DNA of 59,536 nt, the filler included, from Dugesia japonica (taxonomy: Eukaryota), in the NCBI GenBank assembly GCA_001938525.1. It is 5 parts of 5 records of this genome, joined end to end, with 100 filler letters (N's around TTAATTAATTAA, not from the genome) between each part and the next. Parts side by side here need not be neighbours in the genome. Positions count along the whole stretch, not along the records: positions 1 to 8,651 come from MQRL01627237.1; positions 8,752 to 19,650 come from MQRL01575104.1; 3 more parts are not named here. One strand, written 5' to 3'. This document shows positions 1 to 14,150 of this stretch, piece after piece (within the stretch, counting starts at the first letter, position 1; each line of letters opens with the position of its first letter). Both the position numbers and the translations under genes were made by a program. Under the pieces are notes generated by a model, which was not told the origin of the DNA, did not search any database, and saw nothing but the letters and a program-made list of their open reading frames with translations.

Positions 1-108
1 AAGTTTTCATAAGTCATCGATTAAATATTGGTTTTAAAGTAAAACTAACAAGAAAACAACTAATAAATTTTCATTTAATATATTTATTAAACTTTTCTTT
101 ACAAAATA

Positions 109-2125
109 CTAGTGATTTGTATTATTTTTTTCTTTTTTAGGTCTCCTAATTTCTCGCTTTTGCACCAGAGGAACATTGGTGCAATCTAGCAAGTTTTCTT
201 TTTTCAATACATTGTAAACATGAGAACATTGTTTTTCTTTTAAAAAAACACAATTGCAAAACACGTCTCTAAACGTTGAAAGGGTTTCCGATGAATAAAC
301 ACAATTATTTTCACTTAAAAACTTAGCAGAATCATCAAAGAACTCTACGGATATTTTAAATAAGTTTATAAAATCCAATTTTTCTAATTGCTCAGTAGTA
401 TTAAAAAAATAATAGGTTTTATACGGTTGATCACTCAAATTTTCTATGCTCCCAATAATGAAATCTTTATCAACCATATTGTTTCTAGCATACATAGTGT
501 TAGATGAATCTGTAACATTCATCTTTGCATTTAAAAATTGAACACTTTTCATTCTAAGATTTATTTANNNNNNNNNNNNNNNNNNNNNNNNNNNNNNNNN
601 NNNNNNNNNNNNNNNNNNNNNNNNNNNNNNNNNNNNNNNNNNNNNNNNNNNNNNNNNNNNNNNNNNNNNNNNNNNNNNNNNNNNNNNNNNNNNNNNNNTT
701 GAAAATAATTCATTTACAAAATTTAATGTTTAACAAAAATATTTTGAATTAAATTTTTGAAAATAATTCATTATACGAATTTTTATAATCAAAAAATATT
801 TTCAATTAAATTTTCTAACATTATTACATGAAGTTAATTTAATTATTTATTAAACTATTTTCGTTAACAACTTCGGTCGAACAATCAAAAAATTTAACTG
901 ACTAAAATCATACACAGATTTTTCTGCAAATATTAGTTTTGAATACTGGACACACATTGAAAAAACTTTTTCTATAATTACATATGACTTGACAACTAAA
1001 CCATTTAAATTAGGCCGTTTTAAAAAAACCATTAAAGGATTCAATAGGTGATTTTGTAGATGGCAGGTGTTGAAAAGATCCTTCATACCAGTTTTTATTC
1101 CTATTAATTCTCAATCTTTCAAAGTTCGCAAAAAAAGTAGCGCAGTGTTTGATTTTTTGATATTTTCTTACAGCGTTTTGTACATAATAAAAAATATTTC
1201 TTCTGTTGGAGNCCTTGGATCAATATCAATGTCATGAAGAATCATACTCAAATAATTTTTTGTTGTAGCAGCGTCCTTTTGAATGGCTCCCTTAGCATGA
1301 AACCAACAATGAAATCTTGTGCTATCTCTAAATTTCTTCTTTATTAGACAATCAAACTGTGGCGAAAAATCCGCTGTAAGAGTTTGTAAATTAAAACAAA
1401 CTTTTTCTAACAAACAAAATAAAGTTATCGAATATATCATTTAAAAGGTCGTAAGTTTTTTCAAACACAAATGACCAATAAATCGGATGAAAATTTCTCT
1501 TGTCATCAGAACATCAAAATACTGTTAGTGGAAAATCGGGGTCCATTATCTTATATGTTACATCTATATGATGATTCTTTGCTATTGACCTTTTCTTAAT
1601 AATTGCTTTTGTGGTTAATAACAAATAAAATTTGCTTTCATTTAGATGATACAATATATTGTCATCATTATCCTTTATATTTAACAAAAACTGTTTAAGG
1701 TCATTAATATACAAGTCTCTATTAACAGTGTCATCGCATTTTCTTAGATATACAAGCCTGTTATATATTTTACCAATGTTAACATCCATATTTCTATGTT
1801 CTAATGTCTTCCTCAGTTGTCGTGGCTGTAAATCTCCAATTTCATATGCCTTACATATTGCATCATTAACCTTCTTCTTTACTATTTTATTATTCGATAA
1901 CGTGCAAGAATGAATTTTGAGCTGAGATTGATAAAAAGCAATGTTATCGTTTTGGTAAATAGTCTTCCTAATTTTGTAATCACAATGCTGTTGTGTACAT
2001 TGGTAAGTAAATACATTACATTTCTTTTGAAATCTCTTTGTCTCCAAAAGCCATTTTAAAGTCACTTTTCTTCATAATCACAGGCTATCCAATTGATTTT
2101 CATTCTCGATATTTTTTCAAACATT
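109..2125 (-). pseudogene. Mutator-like (MULE) DNA transposase remnant with C-terminal SWIM finger
   Basis: Fragmented ORFs in order on the minus strand: HIDVTYK..FP...D...FHP (first catalytic Asp region), TADF...CWFH (MULE CxxH), and CNC-x7-CSH (SWIM) in 109..552. Frameshifts, stops and an N gap are present. Confidence 0.75.
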
Positions 2126-2638
2126 GTCTAAATTTGTTATTAAAATTTCCAATAATTTCTAAATTTTTAATAAAAATCTTACTTTTTTCTATAATTTTTA
2201 AATTATTATCATAAATGGCTATTTATAACATTCAAACGAAAATTTTTAAATTTAGCGAAATTCATTAAAAATTATTGACGTAAAGTTTTATAAATTAGCG
2301 TAAATTTAATTATTATTTCTATTTAAATAAAATCAGATAAAAGTTAAAATTTATATAAAAATAGTTCTTTAAAATAAAATATTTCTTTTCATATCATGTA
2401 ACAAAATTATTTTTTTCCATTCATTTTCATTTAATTTTCTATGCAAGTCTCTCATACATTGAAAACAATCAAAATAATGAACCTATTTTAAGTGAAATAT
2501 GTGCTATAAAAGTAATGTAGCATGAGAATTAATTTTGATTTCATTTTCTTATTTTAGTACAAAATATAACATTAATTAGTACACAAATCAATTTTTTAAT
2601 TGCGGTTGTTAAATTCAATTTATATGAAGCTACCACAA

Positions 2639-3680
2639 TACGAGGGATGTTTGAAAAGTTTTGAAAATGAAAAGAATAAAACCACATTTATTGTTCAAAA
2701 ATCACATTAATTTTCTACAAAATCTCCTTTTAGCTAAACACATTTAGTGCAATATTTTTCTAGCAACTGGATACCTTGGTTGTAATGACTTTCATCAAGG
2801 CTTGCAAAATAGCTGTCTACAGCATCAATTGCTTCTTGATTGTCATGAAAACGCTTTCCAGGTAGGACTTTTTTCAGGTTTGGGAAAAGAAAGAAGTCTG
2901 GTGGAGCCAAATCAGGTGAATAGTGTGGATGATCGAGCAAGTCGTACTTCAATTCATTGAATTGTGTCGTAGTTAAAGTGCTTTTGTGTGCAGGTGCATT
3001 GTCTTGTAGAAAAATGACTTTTTTCTTCTGCAAACCTGCGCGTTTTCCACGAATTTTGACATCCAATTGGTCCAATAGGCTTACATAATACTGGGAGTTG
3101 ATTGCTTTTTCTTTCTCAAGGTAATTTAATGACAAAATTTCTTTTGCATCCCAAAATACAGATGCCATAACCTTCCCTGCTGAAAAAACCATCTTGGCCT
3201 TCTTTGGTGCATTCAAACCAGCTTCCATCCACTGTTTGAATTGTACTTGCGTCTCTGGTTTGTAGTGGTGGATCCAAGTTTTATCCATAGTTACCAGACG
3301 ACCCATAAAATCCGTTTTATTATGATTAAATCTATCCAGACGTGATAGAGAAAATTGCATTCGAATGCGCTTTTCATCGATTGTTAGCAGATGCAGCACC
3401 CATCTTGCCCAAAGCTTTTTCATCTTCACATCTTCATCTGACTCAATATCATCTATTTCTTGAATGATTTGTGGTGTCTTGTTGCTGCTTGGTCGTCCAC
3501 TGCTTGGATAAGCTTCAATCTTCGTATGACCTCGTCAAGACTTTAAAGCCCACCTGTGAACTGTTGAAAAAGAAGGAGCACCTTCTTTTAATACTTTGAC
3601 ATGTTTGTATGGATTTTCTTTGTGGATAATCCTCGCAGGGCAAAGACTTTTATGATCTCTCTATATTCAATTTTTTCCAT
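2639..3680 (-). mobile_element. mariner (D,D34D) transposon, degenerate; one TIR visible
   Basis: VTMDKTWIHHY, FLQDNAPAH and HPHYSPDLAPPDFFLF motifs. N-terminus MEKIEYREII at 3680 is frameshifted. TIR-like TACGAGGGATGTTTGAAAAGTTT at 2639. Confidence 0.93.
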
Positions 3681-3759
3681 TTTAAAATTAATGTCCGCAA
3701 GTCAAATTAAAATAAGTAATTTAAACAAGTGACTTTACATATGGGAATGCTATTATAAA

Positions 3760-6600
3760 TGTAAGAATTAAAAATTGAAAATTGCAATTTAAAGTTTAAA
3801 GAAAACGTTATAAAAGTTTTTAAGAATTTTTAAAAATATATAAGGATTAATTGAAAATCGCAATTTAAAGTTAAGGAAATGTTAAAAAAGATTTCAAGAA
3901 TTTTTTAAAATATTTAAAATGTTTCTTAAATATTCAGCTTTTAAAAACATAGTTTTAGCAAGATTTAAAATTTTGGGTTATAAATAAAAATTTATTGAAT
4001 TTAATGGACTTTTCAGAAAGTTTATCAGTTACTAACATGGTAACCAACGCTTCAATGGATCTCATTCGAGAAGCACTACACCCAGGAATTTACCAGCATG
4101 GTGACGATATTGAACGGTTTATCAATGGTGTCACTAAATACTACGAATGTATTGGTGCAAAGAAAAAGGATAAAAACCTCTTGGTGGTTGGCTTAATTGA
4201 TCGAGAANTAAAAGAAGCATACGAATTCCAAGATGAATTATTAGATTTTGAGGACCGACTGAGAAAAGCGTTCAACAAAAAGAATGCTCTTATACAAGAC
4301 TTAGAGGAAGCTTTAAAATACAAGATTGGATGAACAAAAAAATATCTGTACAAGAAAAAGATTTTAACACTGGTCGAAAAATCTTTGCACACAAACTAGA
4401 CAAAGAAGAGATCACAAAAGAATTATTATTCAATAGTTGTCGCGATAAAAGGATGCAAATAAAGATTAAAGGAGGTAAACTAGCTAACTCGGGAGAGATA
4501 TTTGAAAAAATAAAAGCAAATGATGAACTAAAGGTGGACCTGAAAGAAACAGATAATATAAATACGGTGGAGAGTTACAGCAATGCAGTAAAAAAAGGCA
4601 TGGCAAAAGAACGTTTCTCAAGGGTTGACGGAACTCAAAGTGAAGTTTAAAAAGAAATTATATGTTGGTCATGCCGGAAGATAGGTCATATCAGCAGAAA
4701 TTGTCCGGAAAAGAAAAGAATGTGTTACGCATGCCTATCAGAGAATCATATAAGAAGGAATTGTGACAAAATTAGATGTTCAAGATGTGGAAAAAATGGA
4801 CATCATACAGNNNNNNNNNNNNNNNNNNNNNNNNNNNNNNNNNNNNNNNNNNNNNNNNNNAATGTTGCACTAATTTGGAGAAAATAGGTGTGTGGACTAA
4901 TGATAGAAGACAGCAGAATAATGAACAAAGAAACAAAGCTGCACAATACAACCGAAGAGAGGAATCGAACAGAAGATATGACGATAATAACAGCTTCCCA
5001 AAACCAAGTGAGAAGACATCAGTTAATAATGGATTCAGGAAAAGAGACGACAATAGATATGTAAACGCAATCGTAGAAGAGAATGAGAAGTACATAAAGA
5101 GAAGAGATAATATTTATTATTACGACGAGGAGACAAACAGCTATGGCGAACAGACCCCAAACAGAGAAGCTCCATCCAAAGTCGAGATCACTGGAGCAAA
5201 AATATATATAATACAGATATCAATGTAATGAAAGAAACGAGAAATGGTGATAACAAAATAATGGTATTAGAAGAGAATGAACAAGTAAAAATAAATTATG
5301 ATAGAATTCAAGGTAGGCCAGTAAGGGAGTTAGAATTCAAGGAAGATATATGGACTGCCTTTTGGGTACAGGTGCAAAGATAAACGTGATAAGCCTCAAT
5401 ATTTTTGGAGGTTTGGCAAATATGGAGTTGATAGGAACTGATGATGTGTTAAAATGTGCAAATAATATCAGAATGAACATTGCTACAAGATATATGTAGA
5501 ATTGGAGATTGGAAACAGTACAATTCACCGTAGTGGAAAAAATTGAAATTTCTTGGTCACATAATAGATAAAAAAGAATTCAAACAGATCCAATGAAAAT
5601 CGAAGCTATCAAAAACTTTGAGAAACCCAAATGCGTAAAGATCCTGAGAATCTTCTTCGGAATATGCAATTATAACAGAAGATTCATCAAAAATTTTTCA
5701 AAGAAATCAAAAGCCCTAGAAAAGTTATGTGGAAGCAATAAGCGCGAAGCTAATGTGGTCAGATTGATGTGAGCAAGCTTTCGCAGAAATGAAACAAGCA
5801 CTGATAGAAGCACTTATTTTAGGATTCCCTGATATAAAGAAAACATATATTTTAGATACTGACGCCAGCTTTGACGCAATAGGAGTGGNCCTATCACAAA
5901 ATGATGACGACAGAAGAGAAAGAGGGATTGCTTACGGCTCACATACAATGACATCACATGAGAAGTGTTACTGTATCACACAGAATGAATTATTAGCAAT
6001 CTATTACTTCTGCAATTAATTTAAACATTATTTATATGGAAAAAATTTTTAACGAGGACAGATCACAAAGCCATCGTATTCATGAATAAGACGAACAAAC
6101 CGATAACACCTCAATTCTAGACATGGATGAATTACCTTAGCAACTTAGACATGGAATTAATATATATAAACAAGGCAAAAAACACACAAACGCAGATATG
6201 CTCTCAAGAATGAAATTTGGAACGTGTACTCAATGTCAAATGCAAGATGAAGATCCAAAGATATGGAAGATGAAAACAAGACAGATAAATCAGATGATAA
6301 AGATAGAGAGATGTAAATGGCAAGAGGAAATAGTGGAAATCAAACTTATCAAATGAGATATTCAAGAAGGAAAGAATTTAAAGTCGAAAGTAATATTGTG
6401 AAAACAAGTAGTGGGGAAATTTGGATTCCAAAAGAGAAAAGAATATCAATGATAAAAGAGATACATACATTGTTAATACATGCAGAGACAGAGAAAATGA
6501 TAATCAGCAACTACAACATGGAAGAACTGAAGAAGACAATCACGGAAGTGATAAAATAGTGTGAAGCGTGCCAAAAGAACAAAGTTAATCCGGTGGCTCA
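3760..6600 (+). mobile_element. Ty3/Gypsy LTR retrotransposon relic (gag with CCHC knuckles, protease, RNase H, integrase N-terminus; RT largely deleted)
   Basis: CWSCRKIGHISRNC / CYACLSENHIRRNC / CSRCGKNGH at ~4660-4810; LGTGAKINVI protease remnant; LDTDASFDAIG.LSQ...IAYGS...ELLAI and TDHKA (RNase H); IPKEKR..IKEIH...H (integrase zinc region). Many stops. Confidence 0.9.
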
Positions 6601-6886
6601 AAATTATAATTGAGCCACAAATAAATTGGCAAAGAGCCAAAATTTGCCCGTGTCTGCTATATACAGCGAGCCCTCTCATTATAGTTCATTATTGTTTAAA
6701 AAATTAATGACAGTAATAAGAAAAATAATTTGATTGGAGATCAATAACAGTTTAGGTTGCCAGATAAATTTTGGAAGCTGATTGAAATCAATTACTAAAA
6801 ATAGATGTGATAGTAAATTCGTTTCGTCTAAATTTTAAAGTGCAAATCAAAAATAAGCTGCTTATTATTATTTCATTAAAATATTG

Positions 6887-7085
6887 TAATGGCTTCGATC
6901 AAATTTGAATTTTTATTTTATAGATATTCTAATTTTCGACTATTGCCTTCCTGAAGATGACAAAAGTCGAAAATTAGAATATCTATAAAACAAAAATTTG
7001 AATTTGACGAAGCCATTACTTTATTTTAATTAAATCCCCAAATGTGATCAATAGTTAAGTCCAACAATTGTTCTCGCAATAATTG
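6887..7085. repeat. Long hairpin repeat (~55-bp arms) of a dispersed family; related copies at ~16010-16215 and ~48605-48685
   Basis: gtaatggcttcgatcaaatttgaa...tctaattttcgact is the near reverse complement of agtcgaaaattaga...tttgacgaagccattac. The flank caa(t/a)ggttaa..caacaatt.ttctcgcaataattg is shared by all three copies. Confidence 0.8.
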
Positions 7086-7389
7086 TAATTATATGCTTAT
7101 TAATTATTAAAATTTTTAAAGTACCTTTAAAAAGTAATTATTATAAAATCTNNNNNNNNNNNNNNNNNNNNNNNNNNNNNNNNNNNNNNNNNNNNNNNNN
7201 NNNNNNNNNNNNNNNNNNNNNNNNNNNNNNNNNNNNNNNNNNNNNNGTATAAATTATAACTGTGGCGCTAAACCGAATTTTTTATTCAATATAAATTAAG
7301 TATTTTTCGAAGAATTAATTAGACATTTAAGTACATTGTTTAAATATTTGTTGCTATTTTGATCTGAAAATTTTATGAGAGGCAATTTT

Positions 7390-7923
7390 ATGAAAGATAA
7401 TTTTGAAAGAGATATACATAAGTTTTTTATTTCTTTTAGCGTAAAATCTACTATTTATCAAAAATATTAGGCTAATTCAAGAAAGAAAACGTTGCAATGA
7501 AGAACTTAAACAAGTCGAGGAAGAAACACATCAAGGTATGTTTGCTGTTAAATTATATTTTTAATTTTAAAACAGCATTAATTAATACTGTTAATAAAAT
7601 TGATGAAAGGCTTCATTTGGAAATAACAAAATTGAAAAATATGTGCCAATTTAAAGTAATTACTAATTTTGCTAATTTAATATTAATTAATTAATTATTT
7701 TAAGATTGACGAAATAAATCAGGAGCATGAATCGGAATTGAAATTGTTAGACAAAGAAGCTGCAGTATTTTAGTTTAAAACGAATCTGATAAAACGTAAT
7801 TACAATTTATTTAGGATTATTATAGAGATTATATTGAACATTCTATAAATGAATTAGAGAATAAAAAAAAAGTTTTAGAAAATGAAAAGAATACAATCGA
7901 TATAAATTCGTCTAGTGGAGGAG
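7390..7923 (+). CDS. Host multi-exon gene fragment, Sds3/BRMS1-like (Sin3-HDAC complex) coiled-coil protein
   Basis: Manual splicing of four short GT-AG introns gives MKDNFERDIHKLIQERKRCNEELKQVEEETHQ...QFKIDEINQEHESE...ELENKKKVLENEKNTIDINS, which fits the Sds3/BRMS1 pattern. The 3' part is not found before the contig end. Confidence 0.55.
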
Positions 7924-8227
7924 GTAAGCTCATTATTTATTTCAAATAAACACTACTTATTATTTCATATCGAAAATGTAGAAATGTGTATTTTAATTTT
8001 AAATTAATTTATATTTTTAAGTATTTTGTTTCGGAATTTAAAAGCTAAAAAAATAAACTAAAATTGAATTTTAATTCATAAAATTTTTGGTAATTTCGTA
8101 AAATGCAAAGTTTTTATATTTATTGTTTCCTTAAATTTTCCTAAATAAAATTTTCATTTATTCTTAACTTGTTACGTGGTTGTATTGACTAAATTGTTGT
8201 TCTTGATAAATTATTTGAGAAATGAGG

Positions 8228-8440
8228 GTGTAAGACAAACATACTCTGGGAAAAAAGTCTACGGACAAACAGTCCATGTACAAAAAGTCTCTGGACCAAA
8301 ACTCTCCTTAAAAACTTCCTTATACAAACAGTATATGACAAAGAGTCCAGGACACAAAGTTTTCATAAAATTCCGCGTATAAACAGTCCTTGGCAAAATT
8401 TCCCCGTACAAAAAGATCCTGGATAAGCATGTCCTTGCCA
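8228..8440. repeat. Degenerate ~15-bp tandem repeat (GGACAAAAAGTCC-like)
   Basis: Recurrent acaaa(c/a)agtc / ggacaaa units; probably a transposon subterminal array. Confidence 0.45.
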
Positions 8441-8651
8441 TTTATGCGATAAGTAATGGGAGACATTAATCTTCGTAACGTATTGTGCAAGACGCAATGC
8501 TATGATAGTAGCATCACCATTGTAAATAGATATAAATGTTCTCGTAATACTTCTATTCTTCAACAACTTGATACGTATTTAACCGAAGTATGCATTCCAA
8601 AACTCTCACCTCCAAAAGTTTTAGTTAAAATTCAATAAAATTAAGTAAATT

Positions 8652-8751
8652 NNNNNNNNNNNNNNNNNNNNNNNNNNNNNNNNNNNNNNNNNNNNTTAAT
8701 TAATTAANNNNNNNNNNNNNNNNNNNNNNNNNNNNNNNNNNNNNNNNNNNN
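8652..8751. other. Artificial contig spacer N44-TTAATTAATTAA-N44 (also 19651-19750, ~35857-35956, 46566-46665)
   Basis: The same 12-mer, with stops in all six frames, sits centred in four ~100-nt N runs. Confidence 0.95.
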
Positions 8752-10493
8752 CTACTATCTATTGTATCTACTCTAATCTTCTGGTTGATGATAATGCTAA
8801 TTATCCTAGGTAAAATATTTCCACCAAAATCGTTTCAGATATAATTAGATTAAAAAATCCATAAACGAAATTTTAAAGTCAATTTAATTCTCTACAGTGA
8901 TTTGTATATTTCCATTTAGAATATTGGCTAAATAAATAATATGAAACTATTGCCCGAGTTTATTTATTTCTATTGAAAAATGAACTGACAAAAAGAGTTT
9001 TGTGGAAAAACTGTTAAAATAAGTGTTAGAAAACTTTCGTTTTAAAATTTAATAACTTTTACATAACCGTTAAATAAATAGTTTTAGGATTCAATCAAAC
9101 AAAAATTGTTAAGATATATCCTAATCACTCAAAAAGTGTTCCAATTTCACAAGTGTTATAATTTAAAAGATTATGAAAGTTGGATGAAAATATATAATTT
9201 TTCAATTTTTAAAATCTACTTAGGTGCCTCGGGTTTATCCACCAAAGCGTTAGCTGTTAGGTTTTATAAATACTTTCGTGGATGAAAGAAATAGCTCAGG
9301 CCATACGAAATTTTTCAATTTTATAGAGTATATTTAAATTATTATTGTATATTAAAATTTATTTAATATTTTATTTTGGCATTTCTTCAAATATCAATTT
9401 TGAAATGATGGATTCAAATTATAATTAAAATTATGGAGCATATATTAAAATATATTATGGAAGATTTTAAATATTATAATATTAAATTAGATCTTTTTAA
9501 AATATATATGAAAATGTATTTTGTGTATGTATAAATATTCGAATATCTTGAGGTCTGGGTTATTTTTTAAAAATTTCTTTCATTAAAGTATTAATAAGAG
9601 TTAATTTGTTTGAATATTCATATTTTTTAACTTTCAACAAAACCCAAAATCATTTATGGTTAAATAAATATTTATGAAGATTTGTGATATTGTTAGCCAA
9701 ACTAATATTATTGTATTTTTTTTAATTCAATAAATAAAATTCATTTGCAATGTTCATAATATTCAAGTTATTTGAGTTCGTAAAAGTTTAGGATTGATAC
9801 GCTATTGTAAGAAATTTTTAATTCGTTTTTGTAGGAAGTGAGGCTGCTGTCATTTTAAATGTACAATTGAGAATTTATAGTATTAGATTTGATAAAACAA
9901 ATAGAACAGATCAAATAAATTAACAGACTTTTCTTTAAATTTAGAATAATTCAATTTTAAATAATAATATAAAAATAAACAAAAATATTATTGGTAAAAT
10001 ATTCAAAAAAAATTTTTTTAATTATTATAAAAAAATTGAAAATAATTATAAAGGAACTATTTTAGTCTATTCTCTCGATTTCAGGGGATAAAATTTATTT
10101 TTTGACTTAAAGTGTCCAAATCTTGCAGGTAAAATTATTAAAAGAATAATTGTTGGACGTAACCATGGATCGTTTTTCAGAATACATTGAAATATAAGCT
10201 TCGATAAAATGTTTTTTGTTGTTGATAATAATTCTTATTATTAATTAATTTTTATTATTAATTATTTCTTGTTATTAATTAATTCTTACTATTGATAAAA
10301 ATAATTATTATCAAAAACAAAAAAAATTGATCAAAGCTTATATTTTAATATATACAGTATATATGATTAAAATTATTACATTATTCATTATTAATAATCT
10401 CACAATATAATTATTAAAATATTGTAAATATGAATTCCACTCGACTGATGTCCAGTATACCGAAATTATAAAATATACAAATGTTTTTCTTAC

Positions 10494-11506
10494 TTTAGTA
10501 CGATTTCCTGCAGCATATCCATCAAGAGATATATAATCTAGAGGCAATAGCATATATGCAACAAGATATGTACTCATTTTCACACTAGTCTCGTAAACAT
10601 CACAGAACATTCCATTTTCCAATTTCTCTATTGATTTCTACTTATCATTTCAATAAATAACTATGACAATAAAACAATATGTTTACTAATGGCATATTAA
10701 AAAGCGAATGATGATCTTTGTCTCGAATCATTTTCATACTGAAATTAGCTTTGAAATACGGTTCATCAAAACAAGGAAATGCTTGTCTAGCAAATGTCGG
10801 TTCCATGTGTGTGGTAATAAGAGTTCTATTAATAGTTTTTAAAAACATTTTTGAGTTAAATTAATATTTTTATGAAATGGATATGCAATAATAAATTTAA
10901 TGAAAGTTGATTAAAATGAGTTCAATTGAGATTCAAAAGAAATAATACAAATGTTGTTAAATGAAAAATATTAGTAAATTCATTTTCGAAAAATGAATTC
11001 TGTATATTTTTGTAAAAATAAATTTAGCTCAACTTGACCTAATCGGATTACAATCATTTTAATGCTACTTCTTTCTAATTTAGTCAACAATTTCAGAGAA
11101 TTTTTTTTATTGTTTCATTCTCGTTATTAGATTTTGATTAAATTACAACTACTAAATGATTATTTACATTATTTATTACTAAAACGAAGTTAAATAAAAA
11201 GTTTCAAATCAAGAAAATTTTTTTTAGATCAATTTTTAATAACTAATTAATAATTACTTGACATGATAATAATTGTGAGATAAAATATAATATAATAATA
11301 TAATATTCCTACATTGATCTTTATGTATTTGATGTAGAAAATTGACACAGATATTTAATTATTGGTGAATGTATGATTGTGTGTACGATTGTTGTGTTCA
11401 AACATTATTACATATTCGATTCCTAAAAAATATGCATACTAATTATAGTGTGTCATCTTGTGATTTATAAATATTATGACTAATTCATTTGAAACGTCTA
11501 ACAAAC

Positions 11507-11572
<66 letters not shown>

Positions 11573-11631
11573 NNNNNNNNNNNNNNNNNNNNNNNNNNNN
11601 NNNNNNNNNNNNNNNNNNNNNNNNNNNNNNN

Positions 11632-11679
<48 letters not shown>

Positions 11680-12318
11680 CTCCAAACCAGATTTTGTTTT
11701 GTAGTCGCTTAAATAAAATCCATCTAATCGTTTTTCAAGAGTTCCATTAAATGATAATTTAATACTAATTTTTTCATTGTTCATACAAATGCGCGTAAAT
11801 TTTAAATAATATTGATCTAATTTAGGACAAATTGAAATTGTTGATATTGGAATTATTTGATCTTCTATTTGAATTTGTGGATTATAGACAGTCAAAGACT
11901 TTGCGTGAAGGACTACAAAATCTGTACTCATTTTACATTTACCTTCAATGGTTACATGACCTGTAAAGTTTTTCCACTTAACCTGAGTAATATTTGGATG
12001 AATGTAAATGGAATAATTATTTGGTATGATTGATTTCGGCAATCTTATTTCTTGATAGAAGCATGGACGATTATTTTTGTCTTGATATTGAGGAGGACGA
12101 ATTTGAGAGAATGGGGATCTACCTGATTCAGATTTTGAACATGTTTTAAGTGATGTTATAAGTATAATAACAAATATGAGAATGATAATAAAAACTAATG
12201 TCAAAATAATGAAATTTCTTTTAGTGAAAAATGTCGATCTTTTCCGCTGAATGAATTCCACTGTAGAGATTTCAGTTTGCAAACCAGAAGATTCTGGATC
12301 AGTTAGACGTTTATGGTC
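10494..12318 (-). CDS. M1-family aminopeptidase (aminopeptidase N/ERAP-like type II membrane protein), 5' exons only
   Basis: TM anchor NFIILTLVFIIILIFVIILIT; RLPKSIIPNNYSIYIHP; GFYLSDY; THMEPTFARQAFPCFDEP.FKA.F; KMSTYLVA. Exons ~12318-11677, ~10826-10688, ~10638-10494 with GT-AG boundaries. HEXXH exons not seen. Confidence 0.9.
11506..11676. repeat. (TAA)n microsatellite (also ~13920-14148 and ~35812-35857)
   Basis: Pure AAT triplet runs; they explain the poly-Y/poly-L in the ORF track. Confidence 0.95.
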
Positions 12319-12589
12319 TGAAATGAATACGAATTTTAAAAATTATTATATTATTTAATATAAAAAACGTAAATAAATAATTGATAGTTTCGTTAATTAA
12401 ATCTAGGAAAGATCTATTTGAGAGATTAACAACTCTTATTTTAGAAAATACTCCTTTATAACATAAAAAAAGAATATTAAAGATAAATAAGAAAATAATG
12501 TTTTTAATTTTTAAACTTATAAACTCAAGTAACTCCAAGACAATTAAACTTCACTAAATTATTTTAATTATTATTTAAAAGATATATAC

Positions 12590-13544
12590 TAGAAGGGATG
12601 CGGTCACAAGGGTGGATCTATATTTTTTATGGGCGATTTTATCGGCGTGGACAAACGAGGGGGTCTCGGGACGTCTTAAGCTACCATAGAGGGGTTTGGG
12701 CGGAACCCTAGCCACCAGCGCTTTTGGAGTATTTGAAATAAAAGGCTGCATGTTTTTAGCTACTTGGAAGCGCATTTAGAACGCATTTTACGAATTTTCA
12801 TTTTTAACCAAATTCGGAAATCACTTTTACTATACTACAAAAATAGACAATAGTAGACAAAATGATAACTTTTATTATTCAATTCGTTTGTCCTTTTTTG
12901 AAAAATCTTATATTACTCGATTGTAAAATTCTGTCTGTGAAGATTCTTTTAGAGATGTCAATAATTGTACAATAATAATACACAACAACATTATATTGAA
13001 TTTCTAGCTAGTAATGGTCTGCGTTATAATAAATCTTACTAGTATACCATGGATTCAATTAGAAGACAGCATTTAGTTCCATCCACTTGGGCTACTTTAA
13101 TCTATCTATTATCTTAGCATATGAGCTTAAAATCCGCTATAAAGCTGGAGGCTATCTCTGCTATTTTGGAAGGTCGTGGATGCGTTAAAGAAATCGCTTA
13201 TGATACATTAGTTTGAGTACAGTAGGCATAGAAATTTACCACGTCTGTGCTAAGTCAGTCTTAATGTGCTAATCCGCTAACTGCGCATGCGCGTTTATAT
13301 CGGAAAATTAGAGGCTAGGTTTTTATACTCTGTTTATACAACAAACTATTCGAGACTATGGACCACTAGTAACCACGAAAATGCAAATGCCTTGCCACAA
13401 ATATTATGCCCGTTTAGTTGGATAATATTTGAAAAAATTAATTGTATCTAAAGAAGTGGTGAAAATTTTCATTTAATTTTTTTAAATTGTGAAAAATGTA
13501 AGGGATGCGCCACATCCAACGCATCCATGGACCGCACGCTACTG
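12590..13544. mobile_element. Probable non-autonomous DNA transposon (GC-richer ends)
   Basis: Left end agggatgcggtcacaagggtggat loosely matches the inverted right end catccaacgcatccatggaccgcacgctactg (rc CAGTAGCGTGCGGTCC); AT-rich flanks. Confidence 0.45.
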
Positions 13545-13987
13545 ATATATATATATATATATTTAAAGATATTTATTAATTTCGTGTTTGCTTTAATATT
13601 TAAAAATATTCCGTCATTTCATTCGATGATTTAGAAAAACACCAAAATCGTGTCATTTATCTTTATGAGTACAAACTGGACCACAAAGCTGCAAAGGTAA
13701 GTTGAAATACCAATCGCACATTCAGCCAGGGGATGATAGATTGAAATATATTATCACAATTGTGAAATTTATTATATAATCAGTTGAAAACGAAATGTTG
13801 GAAAACCGGCCAAAAGATAATTTCTTTTATATAAATTTATGGTATCCTTCATCTTTTTATATTAATGACAAAAAATATTTTTTTGTTGAATTTATTTTCT
13901 AATAATTTATCTGCAGTATTATAATAATAATAATTATAATTACAATATATTAATAAAAGTAATAATAATAATAATAACAATAATAAT

Positions 13988-14033
<46 letters not shown>

Positions 14034-14083
14034 NNNNNNNNNNNNNNNNNNNNNNNNNNNNNNNNNNNNNNNNNNNNNNNNNN

Positions 14084-14150
<67 letters not shown>

